Positions 60,001-64,000 of a stretch of 64,000 nt of DNA are shown one piece after another. Position 1 is the stretch's first letter. The number at the start of each line of letters is the position of its first letter. Both the position numbers and the translations under genes were made by a program. Origin of the DNA: a virus; the IMG/VR virus record IMGVR_UViG_3300020377_000001, positions 1-64,000 of that record; one strand, written 5' to 3'. The notes beneath the pieces were generated by a model, which saw nothing but the letters and a program-made list of their open reading frames with translations, ran no database searches and had not been told where the DNA came from.

Positions 60001-60778
60001 TGCCCAGGGTAAGACAACTTCGCAGTCTCACCATTTGCCAGGGGTTGGCTTCAGGTACATGAAGATCACCATCAACGGGTGCTCTAGGCTGGTGCAGGAG
60101 GAGTCGCATTCATCTTTGGGTAGGATTGTTTTGGGCGAAGTCAAGAATCTTGCTGCTCCTGACTTTGAGTGGGGGTGGTCTAGGTCTGAAATGTCGGGAA
60201 CAAACCTAACTACATACAGTGGTGGTCAAAGGGTCGCGAAAAAGCTTCATGAGCCAAGAAGAAAGTTTCAGGTTTCCCATGCTCCCCTGATGCCGAAAGA
60301 CAGATATAATGTTGGAGATCGTAGTCCATGGGAGTCGGTTTCTCGAGGACCCAATCATGTAAGTGTGGATGCGGAGGGGTATAGACATACCAAGAGGACT
60401 TGGCAGGAGATCTTGGATCTGTTTAGGAAGATGGGGATGGGGTCTGTTCAGGCGGCATTGATATTCGATGATGCTTCAAACGCTCTAACGTGCTCAGTTG
60501 AGGGTCATGCTTATGAGAGTCATAGTGGGTATTCAGAGTCTAGCAGCCATCACATTTCAACCGTGACTGTGCCGTCTGACCCTCAGTCTCTTATGCTGGT
60601 AAGGCTGGTTTCCGTAGGCGAACTAGGGCACGAGGGGTATGTTTGTAAGGATGTTCTGGTCCAAAAGGAGTCATCCATATCAGACTTGCCGCTGCCTGCA
60701 AGCCCGTTTGGTTCAGTTGTTTCTCGTCCGGCTCCAGTATTCAGTATTGCGTCAATCACTTTTGAGGAGGATCTGTAG
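51083..60778 (+). CDS. Giant tail-tip protein (3231 aa)
   Basis: Follows TMP; Asp-box STDNGMSW, DUF2793-like repeats, Dit-like C-terminus. Confidence 0.7.
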   Translation: MKYSRRILIIPDADITPDVVKSASVVSDAGGSSVLADAQKKRSVSQPIRGARYRHYQRENIIDNVAAGRARSVTMVLNRLGDSAGSSDTKLFRDDSIQQYVSRPREAHQFDPSTAFGARGEGELVPRTSGEPSADFKGNAFITSSGGVGGARFSWNTASESRGGHKVPGDTQFRQSPNVFGKYASVLHTTEGSSSPGGANLTSDSSFSSADPNCRYLCRPKAVELENGEILCFYLSTSLPPHHWQLSSNRSLTENTVSTKSPALKCKAFVQRRNSDGVWQPPIELTNDSQYPGLLLSSHDEYSTEEIAFIDAVIEPVTGDVICFIGKNTPEVQSEDLFVRSVYNGSHNSDASISVSSFGSAKVARSRSIVTITSTDNGMSWQKRSESSMESDGAGVGTSAVTSGVPGMPSSDIGLILGGSCEIMDSGRIVLSLVTGEAVYLVSTDDLGFTFRCSLAREIAVGSDGMSAEGISARPPEEGLKDGDTYIVDSVEMKSIHGIFNTNPAPRGVFQNFNMTSPDGRHFYAGDNVSPLGWDLVVEEMRNEPPTLEEIEANPGAIGKLRNAIYSKVYAIGDNPTGAWSEFAGCFTICCFNNADTTSFDNGRVSFGFCEYLGVSLGTTFGSGGNVTVNRIANGGWHRAIPISVSSPNGDSDTDFPAAQAQPWDCTVDAGFSTDGLPWRWFIVRPGGGFAFRRDAADTSFGTTAIDDRTGFATPTPGRYFFVKNGKYAGRRIFIEGEAERDESLEEVREVPTQLTAGERYLVGPFGSGDFGNKFGAIAQYDGSSWSYSINNTRFTPDGYGIVIVGNSPFDTDDFATRENQIALLATGFTRDATIDDLGGVQLMETCVGSWSRFSDPVDGQVIVVSNVQGQPEPAMGSTNSYRDPSESRTRAQASEVASTIPMVCVDGVWVEDDTLGEFAARGGEIAVYDESASKFVFEKPLEGQFVRIKGEGLYKYDAGRNVWNLVENEESDVDLALSRRTKCRETIANTSMTKSDSGQVFFAVSFTDFNDTSPINSMTNIYIQDELLGTDISSRNITGDATFVYPFYMEDPREISVEYASRRLEVFETTDGESCVLVDGWVNSVNVEDRMAYASNKAGYDGELRYNVRYGSVVGVDEELPYGPCVIEPCIVIRPDGFLQIYGASHNWLPPQYEGLQNDTNLNSGYISSVSGTKGGSGFESMHAAVINGIASATIDVSSSVGSMHPSVNSVTEKNAVATDLEYRDDQFASAAIAISENGLKEDDSVSGSNSDSLTNNHLRIKSHMRRFDSRRATAAFMCSPISSGLGKGLISPGKITIRGANAISYRLSFMWGLFPETVSSYRTASVTPSHYGAATTCVAHSRTEKLSSDVLGGIDFVVRDRVTSPPNKISVGDLFLVKPNATGVFLGKDNNIACYEVKSDGTLGWTFRDRFSSDQKLIISGAPFGLNNQHAVFKSTITSASSGANISSWVLTSTYALYDLEGGVYNNVQIQHDGFSQEVYWYADGAGRATQLPASQFAGFIGGYSGLDAISTGNEMLVVSSKIYQQSLGNATPMRIRIRPQLGETIPSAFCSVLVSSSVGGEEVLVYLNGKFLFSGVTRAGVFNPHTTGIHVDVNDTSSVCPVSLTGIESGLEVFLRSGTSGVVPSSATGDSFVSGEVEVIKYFGGVRRFSRPLSGYDQVDELGSPFPMRMADSSSITSNRSFYWHPIRENLGRTDAASSVGGHCHWEETVMSDGKYINHPSIEQASPDILDAYQRRFRLIGGRYYALNFFGDSSPTSAGFDVIKGKDGSSHSGGISIVDAGNPFGDDMVDLFQSNVSQSRPQLSGGSDFTISDIKQSNRFAIEAPSGANETDVKTFDTFSVGGTVRTITVGPTHNQAIVPGTISSIVIVEVTSSSPYFAGYALDGTSSRVQITGILKSSAVNAGVLASQIKRRDALRLTETGPLFEIAEAFAFGDSVFSLIVDKAYVALSLGGVTSQALAPNVLNLTTTPSDVDPIHVLPTMEVDYGNTPSISLTNHDITVPIESAEVAPTFGSYTALSGFTIDPNGRTNLNSSTTTEIHYSAAPASTTLPSLGVIKITGTNVTTQGGSTVTKTRSVAYRLADNQQELSTSGGVIELVADDPFVQTESSEQVPMDDGSVNLLPNTLLYFDSNNDGSSDITTVEFASLTLEASGTLLSAGRIAVDASSLTVSSAIVGYYIVPRLPSGTSSNRFYKITAISSSFTNSIVVSLTSTNGDLLTSEQKGFSFDLYKTTTVNEISKLSSANGGALLFTKTGSYSTVSVGLRKNGDGGQHGTRLPFPKGYGCSPVHSNLAKTHHADPFAGGFRAIFAPYHGVGDVFDSSTSGIDDKIFFSLMLQGSGWDIPNSCGVILKAMVDETTPNNKVILELIDGVQLFDLSALEEPTVLGRVEIDFSPASTDSDTRPLDLKFVEVLVGMESAINVSDPSGQPQASIVHAFARAVSPSGDSHGSFHTICNYKRLQHGPTFSRKLIADRQSQDIDAGMEHFLFGVSHHGLSSLSTDTSVTTNLGMAVKQVSVHRPGSRISGSGLTAINCDLDRRVETITGPIYDKRAYGTQFTEIDGIQVTTGSDPNFSVGDIFTRGENLSLQACGINPTSLTEDGDSCVDLMGLPFFDGSFGTRLSLVDAGVVNPNRTGKCSPFDQEIASGINISWSGSTASKSCYSIETYYHYAFSNSFEQNLSKVWMTGTPPENTDMQAKFKSGKESTGRSYRSRSPVYTVPSIEVVLDSQGDSGDAASGDLVMDVEHQIRSRKNFVPDGIAVFGRNWPSCKIEFCDSEEFSDSSSSYRCYKIGQPGDSWALSPASNSLSDDPERYTHLWAWTNRTDERPSPNRSPVADPSSGAHVKFGDRTFSYMVDSSSFLASAPKAAWHPHQFRSAGTSGNYYLQVIGRRLSTGPNAGTSNRFVFKIIDNTEYTLILDSNPLKVFDESPSTDATSGVSSSMPWHTVSIYSDRFAMQLYNWNNSTAAQSAAQGKTTSQSHHLPGVGFRYMKITINGCSRLVQEESHSSLGRIVLGEVKNLAAPDFEWGWSRSEMSGTNLTTYSGGQRVAKKLHEPRRKFQVSHAPLMPKDRYNVGDRSPWESVSRGPNHVSVDAEGYRHTKRTWQEILDLFRKMGMGSVQAALIFDDASNALTCSVEGHAYESHSGYSESSSHHISTVTVPSDPQSLMLVRLVSVGELGHEGYVCKDVLVQKESSISDLPLPASPFGSVVSRPAPVFSIASITFEEDL

Positions 60779-61236
60779 TGTCAAGTTGGCTGCAGTCTAT
60801 TAAGGGTGGCGTAAAGTCTCCCTCATCCAAGGGTTCCTCTGGAAGGTCTTGGGCAAGGTCTCTATTGAGGAGTCCAAGATCTACATCTGCTGTCGTTTTA
60901 GCGAATTTTAGGGATACTGACTCAGGCTCAGAAGTCGCGAAAATAACTGTAAATCTAACAGCTTCCCAGTCTCCCTATAGTGTTCCAGAGTTTCAGGACA
61001 TGCTGATATCCGTGGACTCAACTGCGGGGGCGATTACAATTAACTTGCCGGCGATCGGTACGGTTGCGGCAGGGTCTCAGGTCTTCATAAAGGACGCAGT
61101 TGGGCAATCACCTGCGAACGCAATCACCGTTGTTCCTGACAGTGGAACAATCGAAGGCTTATCCTCTGTCGTCATCGACAACCCCTTCGCAGGACTGTTT
61201 ATTTATTCTGATGGGAGCAGGTGGCTCTCTAACTAA
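60778..61236 (+). CDS. Small tail fibre-repeat protein
   Basis: VDSTAGAITINLP..G..VFIKD..NAITV pattern. Confidence 0.6.
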   Translation: MSSWLQSIKGGVKSPSSKGSSGRSWARSLLRSPRSTSAVVLANFRDTDSGSEVAKITVNLTASQSPYSVPEFQDMLISVDSTAGAITINLPAIGTVAAGSQVFIKDAVGQSPANAITVVPDSGTIEGLSSVVIDNPFAGLFIYSDGSRWLSN

Positions 61237-61240
61237 ACCT

Positions 61241-61263
61241 GCCCTGAGGACAACCCTTAGGGC
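61241..61263 (+). promoter_or_regulatory. 9-bp hairpin upstream of fibre RBS
   Basis: GCCCTGAGG-ACAAC-CCTTAGGGC, no U tail. Confidence 0.45.
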
Positions 61264-61284
61264 CCAAGCCTTAAGGAGAGAAAT

Positions 61285-64000
61285 ATGGCCCAAGGGTTAT
61301 TTCTTCACAAGTATGATACAAAAGCCAAGTTGTACAGTGTTACAGAATCTGGCGGGTTAACGAACGACGACAACAAGATTGCCAATGAAGCCAGAGTAAA
61401 GGCTCTGGCTTTAGTAAAGGCGAGCAACCTGTCTGACCTGGCTGACGCAGCCACCGCCAGAACAAATCTTGGTGTTGCCATCGGCAGTGATGTTCAGGCG
61501 CATGATGCGGAACTTGACGCTCTTGCAGCACTGACAAGTGCGGCTGACAAGGGTATTCAGTTTACTGGGTCCGGCAGTGCCGCAACTTACGATCTTACCG
61601 CTGCTGGTAAGGCGCTTCTTGACGATGCCGATGCGGCTGCTCAGCGTGTTACGATGGGTGTTGAGATCGGTGTTGATGTTCAGGCATATGATGCACAGCT
61701 CGCTGACATCGCGGGGCTTTCTCCAACAGACTCCAACTTTATTGTCGGCGATGGTTCAAACTTCGTTCTAGAGTCAGGCGCCACAGCACGAAGCTCTCTA
61801 GGCTTGGGCTCAATGGCTACGCAAAACAGTGGCAGTGTTTCTATTTCAGGTGGTGCCATCGCCGGGATTACAGACCTCGCGGTTGCAGACGGTGGTACAG
61901 GCGCAAGCTCTGCAGCGGACGCCAGAACCAATTTAGGTCTCGCCATCGGATCTGACGTTCAGGCGTATGACGCTCAACTTGCTGACATCGCAGCGCTCAC
62001 GCCAACTGACGGACACATCATCGTTGGTGACGGAAGCAACTTTGTCCAAGAGAGTGGTGCTACGGCAAGAGCTTCGCTTGGTTTAACAATTGGCACTGAC
62101 GTTCAAGCGTTCGACGACCAATTGGCTGATATTGCCGCACTAAGTCTTTCTGACGGAGACTTCTTGGTCGGCGACGGCAGCGGAGCAATCGTCGCAGAGA
62201 GTGGCGCCACAGTAAGAACCTCTTTGGGTCTTGGCACTGGCGATAGCCCAGCCTTCACGAGCATTTCTCTTTCTGGTCAGTCTGCCGCCTTGGCGATGAA
62301 CTCCCAGAAGATCACTGGTCTCGCAGACCCAACTGCAGACCAAGATGCTGCGACGAAGGCTTACGTTGACTCCACCAAGGCCGGTCTCGATGTTAAGGAG
62401 TCTGTGCGAGTTGCTTCGACGGCACACATTTCCGCGTCTTACAATTCTAGCGCGAAGACACTCACCGCTTCATCTGCTGGCGTTTTCTCTGTCGATGGCG
62501 TCGAGACCGCCCTCAACGACCGCATCTTGGTGAAGGACCAGAGCACGGGATCCAACAACGGCATCTACAAGGTGACCACTGCTGGTGCTGCTGGTTCAGG
62601 GACGGGACCTAATACCAGTTCGGCTTTCACCGACGGTGATTATCAGTACAACTCGTTTGTAAGCACCAATATCAGCACGACGAACTTTAACACGTCGGCC
62701 GGTTTCGACGCGAGTACCACGTCTTTGACTTGGTCGAGCTATTCGGGCGCGAGTTTTCAGATCGACCACAGGTCGATTATCGTTATCAAGTCCGGTGGCG
62801 GCAACGTCGCGTACCGCATGACGGCGGACCCAGCGGGGTTCTCCTTTAGCGGTGGATCAGCTGCGACCCTACCTCTCGACGGCAAGGGGCTGGTCGCTTC
62901 GCACTCTACGACATCGGCAATCAGCATCGGTGCTTATATTTCTGGCATTGATGTATACGAGCCGAAGAGCGCAGGCCCAGAGTTTTCCCTCGACGACGTT
63001 TTGACTGGAACGCTTGACCAAAATACGACGAGCATTAGCATCAAGACGTCGAGCTCTCCAATCTCATATTCGGGATGGGAAGGCGGCACTTTGAGCGCAC
63101 CCTTCTATATCGAGGTCGCGGACTCCTCCAGCAATAAATGGTACTGGAAAGTTACTGCCGACGTTAATAACTTCGACACTTCAATTACTGTTGAATTTGA
63201 CGAAGACGATTCACACAACGCGACTCCGTCCTTCAACCTTGGATCGGACTTTGGTTCGGCTCACAGTGCTGGGGACATTGACTTCTTCGCCTCTGGTTCT
63301 GGTGGATCTCCCGTGGCTGCGGTATTGACTCGTGCTGATGACTTTGATAGCAGCGACAAGATCACGGCAGGTGCTTTTACCTTCGTCGCAGAAGGCACCA
63401 GCAACTCTGACGCTGGGTTTGTATTAACAACCAACGATGCAATCACCCTAGACAGCACAGCCCTGTCTTTCACGCAGTTCTCTGGCGCAGGTCAACTTAC
63501 TGCTGGTGACGGTATTCAGAAGAGCGGCAACACCATCTCCGCAGACCTTAAGGCTAACGGTGGTGTTGTAATTGAGTCTTCAGAGCTTGCTGTTGACCTT
63601 GGTGCTAGTTCAATCACAGGTACTCTTGCAGTTGGCGATGGTGGTACTGGTGCCACAAGCGCATCTGCTGCACGCACCGCCCTCGGTCTTGCCATTGGTA
63701 GTGACGTTCAGGCTTACGATGCACAACTTGCAGATATCGCTGCTCTGAGCCCAACTGATGCTAACTTCATTGTTGGCGATGGCAGCAATTTTGTTTTGGA
63801 GTCTGGCGCAACAGCTCGTTCGTCTCTCGGTCTTGTTATCGGAACTGACGTTCAGGCTTATGATGCTCAGTTAGCAGACGTGGCCGGGCTAACTCCAGCA
63901 GATGGCGCGTTCATCGTTGGTGATGGCAGCAACTTTGTTGCAGAGTCTGGTTCTGACGCGAGAGCATCTCTTGGTCTTAATAAGGGCAAGGCTTCAGACA
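61285..64000 (+). CDS. Tail fibre protein, 3' truncated (not in ORF track)
   Basis: AAGGAG RBS; open to window end; ARTNLG..GSDVQAYDAQLADIA repeats, ITGLADP..QDAATKAYVD, DRILVKDQ..NGIY. Confidence 0.88.
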   Translation, partial: MAQGLFLHKYDTKAKLYSVTESGGLTNDDNKIANEARVKALALVKASNLSDLADAATARTNLGVAIGSDVQAHDAELDALAALTSAADKGIQFTGSGSAATYDLTAAGKALLDDADAAAQRVTMGVEIGVDVQAYDAQLADIAGLSPTDSNFIVGDGSNFVLESGATARSSLGLGSMATQNSGSVSISGGAIAGITDLAVADGGTGASSAADARTNLGLAIGSDVQAYDAQLADIAALTPTDGHIIVGDGSNFVQESGATARASLGLTIGTDVQAFDDQLADIAALSLSDGDFLVGDGSGAIVAESGATVRTSLGLGTGDSPAFTSISLSGQSAALAMNSQKITGLADPTADQDAATKAYVDSTKAGLDVKESVRVASTAHISASYNSSAKTLTASSAGVFSVDGVETALNDRILVKDQSTGSNNGIYKVTTAGAAGSGTGPNTSSAFTDGDYQYNSFVSTNISTTNFNTSAGFDASTTSLTWSSYSGASFQIDHRSIIVIKSGGGNVAYRMTADPAGFSFSGGSAATLPLDGKGLVASHSTTSAISIGAYISGIDVYEPKSAGPEFSLDDVLTGTLDQNTTSISIKTSSSPISYSGWEGGTLSAPFYIEVADSSSNKWYWKVTADVNNFDTSITVEFDEDDSHNATPSFNLGSDFGSAHSAGDIDFFASGSGGSPVAAVLTRADDFDSSDKITAGAFTFVAEGTSNSDAGFVLTTNDAITLDSTALSFTQFSGAGQLTAGDGIQKSGNTISADLKANGGVVIESSELAVDLGASSITGTLAVGDGGTGATSASAARTALGLAIGSDVQAYDAQLADIAALSPTDANFIVGDGSNFVLESGATARSSLGLVIGTDVQAYDAQLADVAGLTPADGAFIVGDGSNFVAESGSDARASLGLNKGKASD

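Noticed and set aside
61420-64000. DGR template/variable repeats in the fibre gene
   Set aside because: Repeats diverge mostly at synonymous sites, not adenine-specifically, and no reverse transcriptase is in the window

Overview
A 64-kb segment of a long-tailed (siphovirus-like) bacteriophage genome with no host genes visible. In order: end of a virion protein and a holin/spanin-like cluster (1-3.2 kb); a minus-strand recombination/modification block (RuvC, two-frame C5 methyltransferase, SSB, Sak3-like annealase, YqaJ exonuclease, XRE regulator); a plus-strand replication and packaging block (initiator, DnaC, DnaB, SLT, TerS, TerL, MazG); a minus-strand array of small genes (13.7-22.1 kb) with a Dam-type MTase, a serine recombinase and a recurrent 26-bp leader motif; a compositionally distinct, GATC-rich plus-strand island (22.2-26.8 kb); a non-coding region with a candidate dual anti-Shine-Dalgarno sRNA and an AT-rich origin-like tract; RNAP alpha-CTD, Mom-like and D12 Dam genes; an enlarged GroES, CHAP endolysin, ParB-N, tubulin/FtsZ and phosphoesterase; and a neck/tail module containing a glycosyltransferase, an inverted -1 frameshifting tail-chaperone pair, a 2187-aa tape measure, a 3231-aa tail protein and a fibre running off the end. 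No portal or major capsid gene was recognised. Family assignments are from motif recognition by eye, not from database searches.
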